A DNA stretch of 64,000 nt from an uncultured Candidatus Saccharibacteria bacterium (GCA_964348785.1 CAYGDO010000002.1:66238-130237), one strand, 5' to 3'; shown: positions 19,301-29,367, counted from the stretch's first letter. Program-made: numbers and translations. The notes: generated by a model from the sequence alone, not told the origin.

Positions 19301-22300
19301 TCCTAACACCTACAGGGATAGTTGAAATTGGAGAAGAAGCTGCCTCAATTTTCCCCAATCTATTCAACGAATCGTAAGTATAAACTGTTCGCGTACCATT
19401 CGGATCGGTTTTCCCCGTAAGATTGCCGACATCGTCATACTGATATGAGTAAACCCCGAAAGCGGTGTCACTTGGCGTGTGCAAATCTTCCGCCAAAAGT
19501 CGTCTACCGGAAAAGTCATAAGTGAAATTACGAATATTTTGAAGCGCATCTGTGATTTTTACAAGATTTCCTAAAGAATCATATTCATAAAATGTGGAGT
19601 AGGTGTCGGGATAATTAAATTCATCCACACGAGTAAGTCGGCCAAAAACATCTTTATAATATATTTTACTTTTACCGAGCGTGTCGGTAATTTTTGTCTG
19701 ACCGGGACTGAAATATGTATTGGTCGTCCCTAAAGCGTCAGTTTTCTGCACATTCCTACCGAGTGCATCATAAGTAAAGCTAGTATACAAAGAACTGTCA
19801 CTCGTGGCAGAAGTTTTACCTGAACCGTCACTAAAATATGGCAAAGATTGTTTTCCAACGCGACCCTCAGAATCATAAATTATGTCTGACACAATAAAAG
19901 TATTGGGATTTTCAGATTGTTTTCGAGTTTGTATCTCCCTACCAATGCCATCAAAATAAGTGTAGGTTTCGTTTGAAAGAGTACTGTTTATGAAATCAAC
20001 TTTTTTAACAGAAATATTATTTGGAGTATCTGTGTATTGATAAATTGTTTTTGTCACTAAAGAAGCCGAAATACCCGAAACCACGACGGAATTTCCGTCA
20101 GGCTGTTTTTCTTGAAGAGTACGGCCAAAAGCGTCGTATGCTTTGGAATAAATTTGATTATTTGAATCGGTGATTTGAATTGGCTTTCCTAGAGCGTAAT
20201 CGTAAAGATAAGTGGTTTTTTGATTCAAATGATTAGTGACTGAAATCGGAAAAAGATTGTATGTGTCGTAAGAATAACCGGTAGAATTTCCATTTGCATC
20301 GGTTGATGTTGCCACAAGCGCAAACGGATTGTATGTTGCAGAAGTAATGGAATACCTACCATCAGAAATCAAAGATTCTTGTTTTGTGCCATTGCCTTCT
20401 AAAAGTTGACCAAAAGGTAAATCATCAAAATATGTTTTTGATTCCGAAATCACATTTCCAGATTGCGAATTAGTAGTTTTATGAGATACCTCGTAATGAA
20501 TTTGTATTGAAGTTGAAGTGGAAACGCCCGCGTTTGAAGCGTACTCAACATTAGTTATAGTTTTGTCATTTCCAATATCAACAAAAGAATAAGAAGCGAG
20601 CGTGTTTGTTGACGCGGAAGTTACCTCGCCATAATCAACAGAAGAAATTAAATTGCCATTTGAGGTATCGTATGAATATTCCGTAGCGTGATCTTTGTGA
20701 GAAGTCGTGCCGTCAAAACTTTCTTCAATCTTTTTAGAAAGATACACAAATACCGGTGCGGAAGAAGTAAAGCCTGCTGAATTTACTCCCGCTAAAGGAG
20801 ACTCACTATAAATATTTTGATTTCTGGCGAACAACTTACCCTCCCTATCAAAAACTTCTGTTTTATATACAGAGCCGATTTTGCCGTAACTATCCCCTGT
20901 TTCTCCAGTTGAAGAGTTATCACCATTCCCCTGATGAAAATATGAAATTGTCACAGATTTTCCGGAATCTTTTGTAACCTTGCCAAATCCGGCAAATTTT
21001 CTATCGTGCGAACCGTTAAAAAATCCTTGCCCATCTGCGTAAGTGTATGTATCTACTTGTGGCTCTCCACCCACGCCATCGGTTGTAGTTATTTTGGACA
21101 CAATCCAAAGAACTGTTGGCAGTTTTAGATTAAACCGCTCACCCGAAGCGGAAGTTTTGTAATCAATAGATGTTTTTCCGCCTTGCGGGTAAGTTATAGT
21201 TTTTAAAATATCCGCTCTTGTTGTGGGGCCACTTGGAATATCAACGAGGGTGTCACCGTTGGTGTCATAGTAGTCGGTCAGTTGATAGGAAAAATTCCAC
21301 TTCCAATTGTAAGGATTTATTTTAATAAAATATGGAGACTTGAGGGTTGAACTTTTTACAAATCCATTTCCTGTATTTATGTAAACTTCATTATAATCCC
21401 CTGTTGTGTACCCGTTATCAAAATTTGGGTTGTTTGGCAAAACCCAACCACGCAAAACATCAACTAGCCCGTCAGCGTTAATATCCAGATACCGAACCCC
21501 CATATCATTACCGTCACCATCAGTCATCATTAATGTGTGGTCAGGTGAATCACCAAAAATAGGAACCATTGGTCCAGTTAACCCCCCATCTCCAGTACCT
21601 ATACGAAAAGAACTGTATCTATCGCTAGTCTTTGTATCATCTAAACCATCACCATTAACATCCATCGCACCCACTCGCCTCCTCTCCTCCCACCCAGATA
21701 TTTCGCGTCCATAAATTTCTGGTAGGCCATCTCCATTTGTGTCTGCAACGAAAGAGCCTTTGGCTACTAGCAAAGGAGTGGTAGTTGATATGTATGTATA
21801 ACTATTATCCAAACTATTAATACCGCTATTCAGATAAAGTGTCGGTGGATTGGGAGGAGGAGGACAGGTGGCGTTGGTACAACTACCTGCATTAAAGAGT
21901 GTAACCGGAACACCGAAAAAATCAGTTAAACCGTCACCATTCAAATCCGCAATACGCGCACCACTATCCTCTGGGCCTGAACCGTTTGAACCCCTAGTAT
22001 GATAAGCAAATCTTAAATTAGGTAGGGAATTTGAACCCGCTACGCCTAACTTGTTCCACTCCACCTGAATATTAAAACTATTTGATTCATAAGGGTTAAT
22101 TCCAAGCACAAATGAATCTGTGTAGCCATCACCATTCAAATCAGCATAAACATCTCCCCCTCTTTCTGGACCGTAAAAGAAAGAGCCGAGAGCCCAACTA
22201 AACGTACCGGATGAAATAGCAGGCTCAAGCCCCGTCGGTAAAACAGGATTTTCAAACCCCTTCGTGTACTCAAAAGTTGTTTGCGGTAAAGTTGTTGCAA

Positions 22301-23615
22301 CGTTTTGGGAGTCGTAGCCAGTTTCAGTAATTCCTGAAAGGATTGAACGTACGCCGTTTACACCAACTCCGTAGGCAAATTCGTATTTCTTTTTCAAAAT
22401 ATCACTGACACGAATTTCAATTATTTTGAGTCGTTTGGCATTGGTACTTAAAAATGCAAACTTGTATGAAGAAATAGCACTGTCTGAACGAGTATCTTCA
22501 TATACAAAAGTGACTTTGTAAATTCCAGATACAACTTCTCCGGAATTTGCCTGATGATTGGTATAAGTAATTTCAGTTGGATATACCTGACCGCCAGTTA
22601 CCGTATAGTTATATGAAATGTAATTACCGTTTGAATCACGGACTTCATCTAGATACCATTTAGCAACACGAGAAGCATTTGCAGGGTCCGCGTTTCGTGA
22701 AGTTGCCACCGAACCGAAAGTGTAGACTCTGCCGTTTTTATCATAAACCTTCCAACTCGTAGTGGTGGCGTTGTAAACATATTTCAAAAATTCGCCGGAA
22801 TCAACGCGAGGTTGATATAAACCAGCAATTGTAGTTGAGGCTAATTCACCGGATAAGCTGGAACTGAAATAATCTTGACCATACATTACTATATTTCCCT
22901 GCTTATTGATTCTCTCAATTGATGGAATGTTAAAATCCCAACCATACCCCATCGTATTTATGTTGGAATTCTCGGACGAGTTATATGAAATATTTAAAGA
23001 TGTCTCAACACCTGCCCTACCGGAAGGTGTAACAATCGGATAGGAATATGAAAGCGCTCCCGAGGAAGCATTGGCTTCGGGAAGAGTGGTTTTTCTATAA
23101 GCAAAATTGGAATTATCGTAAGTGGTTGGCTTGTTTTCCAACTGAGCGCTAGTGGCTTCAATTTCTGGAGGTAACAAGTCTTGCGCGTCCGGAGAAACCT
23201 CTGGAATTTCAGTGTCCAACTTTGGAGCTTCCGGAGCAATCTCGGGCACCACTTCAGTTTTTGGATTTGCATCTACAGTTGTTTCGGGAGTTATTTGTGT
23301 CGGGTCAGGTAAAATAGTAGAGCCTATTTCAGAATTTTCTGATGCAGAACTGCTTGGTGTTGATGTATCAGGAGAAACGTTGGTCTCAGCTGGGGTAGAT
23401 GGAGATGCAGTTTGGTCAGAGGAGGTTTCAACGGAAGCTACGGGGACAGGAGGTTGCGAAGCAACCTCCTGCGCAAACGCCACAGCAATCGGTTGCATTA
23501 AAAAAGCAACCACCAAAAAACTGGTTACGATTTTTTGCGTATTTGATTTTCTTATTTTCTTTGTAGAAACAATTGAAAAAAAGAAATTCATAGAATTTTT
23601 ACTGACACTTCCCAA
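16362..23615 (-). CDS. Tc-toxin-like TcB/TcC fusion / RHS polymorphic toxin: signal, S/T/P linker, SpvB domain, FG-GAP beta-propeller, YD repeats with LamG insertion, RHS core, C-terminal toxin domain
   Basis: SpvB-like N-terminal region. 'ADLNGDGLTD/DVNGDGLDD/LDINADGLVD' FG-GAP repeats. Many YD repeats ('YTYDALGR','YEYDSLGNL','YQYDDVGNL'). RHS core 'YHLIDHLGS...YYPYG...RYYDGARGQFLNQDPV...NPVTYKDPDGRF'. About 195-aa tip follows. Confidence 0.85.
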   Translation of the reverse strand: MGSVSKNSMNFFFSIVSTKKIRKSNTQKIVTSFLVVAFLMQPIAVAFAQEVASQPPVPVASVETSSDQTASPSTPAETNVSPDTSTPSSSASENSEIGSTILPDPTQITPETTVDANPKTEVVPEIAPEAPKLDTEIPEVSPDAQDLLPPEIEATSAQLENKPTTYDNSNFAYRKTTLPEANASSGALSYSYPIVTPSGRAGVETSLNISYNSSENSNINTMGYGWDFNIPSIERINKQGNIVMYGQDYFSSSLSGELASTTIAGLYQPRVDSGEFLKYVYNATTTSWKVYDKNGRVYTFGSVATSRNADPANASRVAKWYLDEVRDSNGNYISYNYTVTGGQVYPTEITYTNHQANSGEVVSGIYKVTFVYEDTRSDSAISSYKFAFLSTNAKRLKIIEIRVSDILKKKYEFAYGVGVNGVRSILSGITETGYDSQNVATTLPQTTFEYTKGFENPVLPTGLEPAISSGTFSWALGSFFYGPERGGDVYADLNGDGYTDSFVLGINPYESNSFNIQVEWNKLGVAGSNSLPNLRFAYHTRGSNGSGPEDSGARIADLNGDGLTDFFGVPVTLFNAGSCTNATCPPPPNPPTLYLNSGINSLDNSYTYISTTTPLLVAKGSFVADTNGDGLPEIYGREISGWEERRRVGAMDVNGDGLDDTKTSDRYSSFRIGTGDGGLTGPMVPIFGDSPDHTLMMTDGDGNDMGVRYLDINADGLVDVLRGWVLPNNPNFDNGYTTGDYNEVYINTGNGFVKSSTLKSPYFIKINPYNWKWNFSYQLTDYYDTNGDTLVDIPSGPTTRADILKTITYPQGGKTSIDYKTSASGERFNLKLPTVLWIVSKITTTDGVGGEPQVDTYTYADGQGFFNGSHDRKFAGFGKVTKDSGKSVTISYFHQGNGDNSSTGETGDSYGKIGSVYKTEVFDREGKLFARNQNIYSESPLAGVNSAGFTSSAPVFVYLSKKIEESFDGTTSHKDHATEYSYDTSNGNLISSVDYGEVTSASTNTLASYSFVDIGNDKTITNVEYASNAGVSTSTSIQIHYEVSHKTTNSQSGNVISESKTYFDDLPFGQLLEGNGTKQESLISDGRYSITSATYNPFALVATSTDANGNSTGYSYDTYNLFPISVTNHLNQKTTYLYDYALGKPIQITDSNNQIYSKAYDAFGRTLQEKQPDGNSVVVSGISASLVTKTIYQYTDTPNNISVKKVDFINSTLSNETYTYFDGIGREIQTRKQSENPNTFIVSDIIYDSEGRVGKQSLPYFSDGSGKTSATSDSSLYTSFTYDALGRNVQKTDALGTTNTYFSPGQTKITDTLGKSKIYYKDVFGRLTRVDEFNYPDTYSTFYEYDSLGNLVKITDALQNIRNFTYDFSGRRLLAEDLHTPSDTAFGVYSYQYDDVGNLTGKTDPNGTRTVYTYDSLNRLGKIEAASSPISTIPVGVRTTYTYDACDFGIGKLCAVSYADDSVGANLEMNSTSYAYTPAGQAKTETKIIGGKTFISSYLYNLGGGVTEMTGVDSKKTSYIYNSAGLVDSISATGVSTTTPVTQIGAFDYSPLGQLKTITYGNGVVATNTYDPARLYRLTNKKTLSANNLQLQNLSYTYDSVGNILQIVDNSETNTKKIATYKYDDLYRLVDALATPNQQSFAYNPLGNIISKIEGQVSLNPYSLDVEGDSSQYASVPTNAGISGGPITIEAWIKPESLPSAGFNIIASQQDAVTNVGYSLSTSYTDGSHHINFDRHIEGVGGARIIYDTTLSVGSWYHIVGTYNGTEMNLYLATSTSSGHTLVKGPTLAVGRGYGGFNELAIGKATFPNPHNWDGLVDDVRFWNTSRSLVDLDSNYLTELSGNEANLVAYYKLGNNYYDFTANAYHLTAFGAPIFNENTPFSSAVGKFTTTNYFYDGTDYANPHASTVTGSSVATNTLSYDKSGNLISFGNISYIYDYNNRLISVANGLATSTYAYDHGGARVKVSDGKGGVTLYPSKYFNAGYNSDDVVVSETSHVFVGDTLLSTFDKKTPVAPKLTNANAGTCVIPETGDFTLISSCTIVGSVTAPASVIVPVGKVLTVTADSTLYINLKASKLLVKKGGGVLIKKGGTIRQLKPIDLTSSSSLSYHLIDHLGSITLSTDTAGKVVELIDYYPYGSIRADEGGSPKEQRKYIGQEFDASTGLSYLNARYYDGARGQFLNQDPVFWEVGMSKEGKEALLNPQVQNSYSYGGNNPVTYKDPDGRFLPALVAVAGVLTMYAPQITSFAQSLLTPLGQVAVSQVIDDVDKGNYGMAAVGALTAGEIPAGKVVPVFEGIWSKGTKLTLADNAIYHAGKHAEKFGFKNTKEYIKGARDFVTDAMNGKTSLKIDAGGVARAYDSLSNSFAVFQINPKTGGTVINTFFKPSAGQAYFDRQAGQLINNLQSLSNSLKSLLKSLK

Positions 23616-24840
23616 TACAAATATCTCCGTCCGACACTAAATTCCCTGATAGTTTTATATCCCCAGCAACATCGAGTTTTGCCCCTGGAGTAGTAGTTCC
23701 GATTCCCACCCTACCCGTAGACTTTACTATAAGATATGAAGAAGAATTAATATACACGTCCCCTTTTGGTGGCGCGCCGACAGTCACATTATCAGCCGAA
23801 CTAAAACTAATAACATTTCTTTCGGTCCCAGAAGAATCTTTAAATTTTATAGATTGGCTATTATCAAGCAGTATGCTACCGCCACTTATGGTGAGTTTTT
23901 GAGTGGGCGATAAGGTACCTATACCTAATTTACCCCCAGTAAATACCATGTCTGGAGTAAGAGGATTAGAAACAACATTAGCAGTTAAACCAGTAGGGGT
24001 ATACCATCTAAAATCTGTAGCGGTATTTAATTGAACAGTAGCTGCCGTGCCAGAAGGAGTCACTCTATAACCAGCGCTATAAGATGGTTTACCTCCGGTA
24101 GACTGTAAAAACTCATTATTACCAGTCGTGTCGGTCATATATGTACCAAGATTTACATTATCTCCCCCTGTTGCACCTGAAGTTAATCTTAAATATCCTC
24201 CATTCAAAGTTAACCTCTCTGACGGTGAAATCGTCCCGACACCAACATTACCGGTTGAACCGACTATTACCATTCTTGACAGATGACCAGCCTTAAAATT
24301 AATGAGTGAGGTATAATCACCGAAATTAATTGGCAATGTGGTCTTACTGCCTGCCCCACCTGCAAAATAGAAACCAGTTGGATCCATACCAGCAATAATC
24401 TCTCTGTTTCTGTTTGAGAAAATATATCCACTAGTGGTATTACCGATACCAATACTACCGTAGGTTTCAAAAGGATAAAAAGGAGTTGTCGTACCCACCC
24501 CCATTCTTCCCGTCGTATCTATAGTAACTTTTGGATTGGAATTATTGGTGAAAAAATATAAATTGTGATTACTTTGAGTGCCTAGCCAACCACCAGGAAT
24601 TGAAGTATTCCAAACAAAAGTACCCATTTTCACCAAACCGTCTGTATGAACGAGACCATACTTACCGGTAGCTGTTTTTATAGTGAGAGGGCTTTCTGGA
24701 GAAGTCGTCCCGATACCAACATTACCAATGTTAGTATTGTAAATATTATTACCATTACTTTGCCAAAAAGCATCAGCAAAATTAATGTCCAAAAGAGTTA
24801 GAGTTGATAAAAAGACAACCAAAAATATTTTTTTATACAT
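23599..24840 (-). CDS. secreted repeat protein with tail-fiber-like 'G(N/S)VGIGTT(S/T)P' repeats, first gene of the RHS operon
   Basis: Signal peptide. Seven or more 'VGIGTTSP/ VGVGTISP / LGIGTLSP / VGIGTTTPGAKLDV' repeats. Ends 'DICIGKCQ'. Overlaps the RHS gene start by 17 nt. Confidence 0.6.
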   Translation of the reverse strand: MYKKIFLVVFLSTLTLLDINFADAFWQSNGNNIYNTNIGNVGIGTTSPESPLTIKTATGKYGLVHTDGLVKMGTFVWNTSIPGGWLGTQSNHNLYFFTNNSNPKVTIDTTGRMGVGTTTPFYPFETYGSIGIGNTTSGYIFSNRNREIIAGMDPTGFYFAGGAGSKTTLPINFGDYTSLINFKAGHLSRMVIVGSTGNVGVGTISPSERLTLNGGYLRLTSGATGGDNVNLGTYMTDTTGNNEFLQSTGGKPSYSAGYRVTPSGTAATVQLNTATDFRWYTPTGLTANVVSNPLTPDMVFTGGKLGIGTLSPTQKLTISGGSILLDNSQSIKFKDSSGTERNVISFSSADNVTVGAPPKGDVYINSSSYLIVKSTGRVGIGTTTPGAKLDVAGDIKLSGNLVSDGDICIGKCQ

Positions 24841-24983
24841 TTTTAAAATAGATGCCTATTTTACACAGGCAAGCTTTATATACGAGGCATTGATAAATCC
24901 GTCGCTTATAGTACCACTTTTAAAAATCAAGTCAAATTTAAAACAAACTAGATGCTACCAAAAATACCAAATATGAGAAAGTC

Positions 24984-25325
24984 TTATCTATTCAATTCGT
25001 CCTCTAACGATATAATGTAGATCTTATTAGCTACCAACCCCGAAAATTGCCCTCGAGAAGCGTTCATTGGATTAACACTTTCTAAACTCAATCTATAATT
25101 ATTAAAATAATTTTTTAAAACTTTTACATCATCACCATCTTTAAAATTTTTCAGAGTCTGCCACATATACATATCCTCTATATTTAAATCTTCAGAATTA
25201 AAACCTGCCAAATGTGAAGTCTTCCCGGAAACAGCCTCATCCTCGGAAAACTTGCGCATTTCATCTTTAAATACAATAAGCTTCTCCATCTCTAAATTTT
25301 GTTCACCTTGTTCCATATTTGCCAT
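24984..25325 (-). CDS. hypothetical protein
   Basis: ORF only. Acidic, no recognizable motif. Confidence 0.35.
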   Translation of the reverse strand: MANMEQGEQNLEMEKLIVFKDEMRKFSEDEAVSGKTSHLAGFNSEDLNIEDMYMWQTLKNFKDGDDVKVLKNYFNNYRLSLESVNPMNASRGQFSGLVANKIYIISLEDELNR

Positions 25326-25340
25326 AAAATTGTGATTAAA

Positions 25341-26936
25341 TTAATCTAATAAACTCAATTCTACAAAAAATTCTGACCCTTTGCCTTCTCCCTCAGACTC
25401 AACCCAAATTTTTCCGGAGTGTGCTTCTATAATCTTTTTTGCTAAATACAAACCTAAACCTGTACCAAGAATATTGACCTTTGATGCATCCTCCGCCCTG
25501 CTAAACTTCTGAAACAGATGCTCAATTGTCTCCTTCTTAATACCCACACCGGTATCTTTTACAGAAAAAATTGCTTTGTCATCTTTTTTATAGACAGAAA
25601 TCAACATAAAACCTGCCGGTGTATATTTGATTGAATTATCAATTATATTAGCTATTATCTGCCTAATTTTCAATTGATCTGCCATTACAAAAACTTTTTC
25701 GTTTATATTGATCTTCAACTCTAAACCTTTATTATCAATATTTGGCTTTATTTCATTTATCACCTCTTTTACAAGTTCAGATAAATCAAATTTGGCCATT
25801 TCATATTTCATTCTTCCTTGTTCAATTCTCGAAATATTCAAAAAATCTTCCACTAAATCGGCCAGTGAATCACTAGACTGAAAAATAGTTTTTACCGGCT
25901 CTTTTAAATGCGCTGGGACTTCACCAAAATCTCCCTCCATTATTTCTGACGCATAACCTTTTATAGCAGTCAAAGGGCCACGAATTTGATGGCTAGCAAG
26001 AGATAAAAATTCGCTTTTCAATTGATCCAAATCTTTCAATTTATCGTTGGCTTTTTCCAATTCCACTGCCAAGATTTGAATTTTTTCCCTTTGAGCGACT
26101 TCTCTATAAACACTTCTTACCAATAAAATACCAAATACAGTAGTTAATATTAAAACCGTTCCATTTATTAATTGATCAATTAACCTATCAGACAAAACGG
26201 TCCTAAAAAGCAAAATAAGCCATAGAGTTCCGGTCAACATTTCAGCTGAAATAATTCTTACGTTAAACAATTTATATCTCAAAATTGCGATAGTAATAAT
26301 TATTGGATAGAAAGCAAAAAGTGGTAATAAATAAGGAGGAATCTGCACGTTAAAAGTTAAAAAGAATACACTTCCCCCTCCTATAAATCCAAACAAAGAA
26401 GAAAAGAAAACCCACCACAACCTAGGTCTTTCTCTTTTCGCATAATTTTTTATAGCGTTAAACAGAAAAAACTGAGCAAGAATAGTGACTGCAAAAAAAT
26501 AGAAGGTAAAATAAATATAAAGAGGGCCAGCATCGGGAACAAATGGAAATGGGCCTTTGGCTAAGACATCTCTGATGTAGACTTGCGTATTACCAAAATA
26601 TAAAAAGAAAATGGTAAAAGGAATCGTTAAATAAAAATAAAATTTATAGCGATCAAACACTCTTACCAATTTTAAAATAAACAATAAATAAAAAAGTGGT
26701 ATTAAAATAGCCCCATAATGTAATATTTGGTCACTAATAAATGCAGTTTTTTTATCATCAGTAACAATCATCAAAAAATACCCGAAACTCCAGATGGCGG
26801 TGCTTAGGTTTAACAACATCCAAGAATTGCCTTCTTCTTTTTTTGAATCACTAAAATAAACTGCGGCACCAGACAATAAGGCCACTACCCCGCCAAGAAA
26901 AAGAGAAACGCTATAATAATTAAAAATAGAAAACAT
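25341..26936 (-). CDS. sensor histidine kinase with polytopic N-terminal sensor domain
   Basis: H-box 'LSLASHQIRGPLTAIKGY', G-boxes 'DTGVGI' and 'GTGLGLYLAKKIIEAHSGKIWVES'. Six or more TM helices. Confidence 0.85.
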   Translation of the reverse strand: MFSIFNYYSVSLFLGGVVALLSGAAVYFSDSKKEEGNSWMLLNLSTAIWSFGYFLMIVTDDKKTAFISDQILHYGAILIPLFYLLFILKLVRVFDRYKFYFYLTIPFTIFFLYFGNTQVYIRDVLAKGPFPFVPDAGPLYIYFTFYFFAVTILAQFFLFNAIKNYAKRERPRLWWVFFSSLFGFIGGGSVFFLTFNVQIPPYLLPLFAFYPIIITIAILRYKLFNVRIISAEMLTGTLWLILLFRTVLSDRLIDQLINGTVLILTTVFGILLVRSVYREVAQREKIQILAVELEKANDKLKDLDQLKSEFLSLASHQIRGPLTAIKGYASEIMEGDFGEVPAHLKEPVKTIFQSSDSLADLVEDFLNISRIEQGRMKYEMAKFDLSELVKEVINEIKPNIDNKGLELKININEKVFVMADQLKIRQIIANIIDNSIKYTPAGFMLISVYKKDDKAIFSVKDTGVGIKKETIEHLFQKFSRAEDASKVNILGTGLGLYLAKKIIEAHSGKIWVESEGEGKGSEFFVELSLLD

Positions 26937-26943
26937 AATTAAA

Positions 26944-28587
26944 CTACATCTTGTATAAATCTAAATACTTATTACCCAAAACAGACACTTGCGAATCTTT
27001 ATTCAGAAAATCTGCTAAGCCAACCAAAGATGGAAACATAATATTTGAACCGTGGTGTGGCTCTATGTGTATGTCCCCCAAAAATATTTTACCAGAATTA
27101 ATCATTTCGTTAAAAATTTTTAATTTTCCGTCTATGGCATAAATCGCTGACTGCGGAGAAGAACAAGAAACATGAGGATTTGAAATACCATGATAAACCC
27201 AACCTTCTGGAATCTTTTCTGGATGAAAATAACCATGCCAATGCGCCATTGCTAAACCCTTATTTTTTACAAGATTTAAAAACTCATCTTTCGGAGAAAA
27301 CTTCTGTAAAATACTGGCAATTATTACATTACCTACGGCATGAGCCAAAATAACCTTAGTGTCAAAAGATGGCTTATAGTCACTTTTCAAAACTAAACCC
27401 TTAGGAGAACAAAGATGCATTCTCCCATTTTTTAATCCTAATTTAATTATATCCTTATTGGGATCAAAATTAGTTTTATTACAACCGGAACGCAAACTAA
27501 GAACCCAGACTTCTGGCAATTTCATTACATATTTTAAGCCTTTTAAAGATAAAGCGATATATAAATTTCCATCAAAATTGGCAAAGTCTTTGTCGCCGAA
27601 TACAACACCTGAATGATTCTTTATAAAATCATCATAAATGATTAGATCCTCTAATTTAGAAGGTAGCTGTCTAGCAAAAAAACCAAAACTCATACCACTT
27701 CTCTCATCCAAATGAATACTGCCAATCCATTTATAAAAATTATTTCTAAAAGGCAAATCTGCTATTTTTTTGCCGGGTGGGTATAGCTTTGTCTTTTCAA
27801 ATTCTTTAGAACCCTTAATCAAATCGTCGACTGACTCTTTATGAAATGTATCAAAAGGATCAAAAGCGTTTGGTTGAAATACAAACTCAGAAAATTTATT
27901 TGGTCTTATGGGCGCCACAACTTTTGGCACTAAGGCGTGAAGAACAGAATTATTAAAATCTTTTTTTCTGTCATATATCGGATGCGAAGCATTAAAATTA
28001 TACAAAAGCCATTTATCTTTTTTTACTGCAATAACGATATTTGTCATATGATGTGCAAAAAGACTCATAGACGTATCAAAATGTTCCACAAAATCTGACT
28101 CCTCTGAAATACCCTTTGGCCAATTAACAATAGTAATAACAAAACTACCAGAAAAACTTATAGTATGATCCATTGGCAAATTCCAAGTTTCATTTTCTCC
28201 AAGAGCAATTACAGATATGCCCTTCTTTATCTTGTTTCTTCTAAACAAATTCCTGATAGCGCTAAGAGGCACATAATGTCTACTATTATCTAATTTAAAT
28301 ACTCCATTAAAAAAACAAATAAAATTATTTACCAAAATTCTGAAAAGTCTTCTAAAAATTCTAGGGATAGAAACCTTCTCTAAGGCCTCTTCATAAGGAA
28401 CAACATTCACCTTTAAATCACTAAAAGCTTTCTTTAATTGCTCAACAAAAGAAAAAACCTCTTCATCAATATGCTTCCCAACGTGAGGGTAAAAAGTCAC
28501 ATTCATTTTATCAGCCATCTCTTCAGCAGTAATTGAGACTGTTTCTTTTATGCTTAAAATTTTTTCTAGGGCTTCTTGACTTAACAT
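26944..28587 (-). CDS. hypothetical protein (547 aa)
   Basis: Long ORF with no motif I can assign. Confidence 0.45.
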   Translation of the reverse strand: MLSQEALEKILSIKETVSITAEEMADKMNVTFYPHVGKHIDEEVFSFVEQLKKAFSDLKVNVVPYEEALEKVSIPRIFRRLFRILVNNFICFFNGVFKLDNSRHYVPLSAIRNLFRRNKIKKGISVIALGENETWNLPMDHTISFSGSFVITIVNWPKGISEESDFVEHFDTSMSLFAHHMTNIVIAVKKDKWLLYNFNASHPIYDRKKDFNNSVLHALVPKVVAPIRPNKFSEFVFQPNAFDPFDTFHKESVDDLIKGSKEFEKTKLYPPGKKIADLPFRNNFYKWIGSIHLDERSGMSFGFFARQLPSKLEDLIIYDDFIKNHSGVVFGDKDFANFDGNLYIALSLKGLKYVMKLPEVWVLSLRSGCNKTNFDPNKDIIKLGLKNGRMHLCSPKGLVLKSDYKPSFDTKVILAHAVGNVIIASILQKFSPKDEFLNLVKNKGLAMAHWHGYFHPEKIPEGWVYHGISNPHVSCSSPQSAIYAIDGKLKIFNEMINSGKIFLGDIHIEPHHGSNIMFPSLVGLADFLNKDSQVSVLGNKYLDLYKM

Positions 28588-28593
28588 AAAAAA

Positions 28594-29310
28594 TTAATGA
28601 TTATACGTTTTTACTTTAGAGAGTTCTGACACAATTTTTAAAATATTTTTACTAGTTTCTTTATAATAATTAATCTCTGGGTCATGATCATTCTTAAGAA
28701 CCAGATCGCGCGCGTAAATAGGTCTCCCAAAAATCACTCGAACAAATCTTTTTCTCAAGACAAAGTCCCAAAAACCCATCTTATATAAATCAGTAAGCAA
28801 AATAGGAACAATTGGCAATTCTGTTTTTTCAGCAAGAAAAGTAACACCTCCTCTCGCCTCTTCAATCATAACATTTCCAGTCCTGGTTGTTTTACCTTCT
28901 GGAAATATCAAAAGACTATGTCCTTTTTGAATAATGTGAATGTGACGAGATAAAGAAATACCATAATCTTTATATCCCGATATTACAGAATGGGCTCCCC
29001 ATAATTTAAATACGGTCCCGCCATAAAAAATTTGTCTCCAACCACTAGTTTTATAAAAATCTTTTGGTCTTGAAGTGTAAAACATTGGCATAAACTTAGA
29101 TAAAAAAGGCAAACTAGCCGGAACCAAAACGGGATCAAGCTCACCTGTATGATTAGCAGCAAAAATTACGCCTGGAGATAATTTTTGTAAATTATCTAAA
29201 CCCTCCACTTTTAAGTGGAGGAAAAATCTAAAAAGTGGCCGAGTAATCGGCCATATTGCTGTTTGCAAAATTAAGGGGGTAAAGAGAAAAATTTTTTCTA
29301 TATTTTTCAT
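28594..29310 (-). CDS. plsC: 1-acyl-sn-glycerol-3-phosphate acyltransferase
   Basis: 'AANHTGELDP' (HX4D) and 'FPEGKTTRTG' LPLAT motifs. Confidence 0.8.
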   Translation of the reverse strand: MKNIEKIFLFTPLILQTAIWPITRPLFRFFLHLKVEGLDNLQKLSPGVIFAANHTGELDPVLVPASLPFLSKFMPMFYTSRPKDFYKTSGWRQIFYGGTVFKLWGAHSVISGYKDYGISLSRHIHIIQKGHSLLIFPEGKTTRTGNVMIEEARGGVTFLAEKTELPIVPILLTDLYKMGFWDFVLRKRFVRVIFGRPIYARDLVLKNDHDPEINYYKETSKNILKIVSELSKVKTYNH

Positions 29311-29367
29311 CTAATTTTGATGCCCGTATTTTAACATAAAACAACAAAAATAATACAAATTGTAAAG

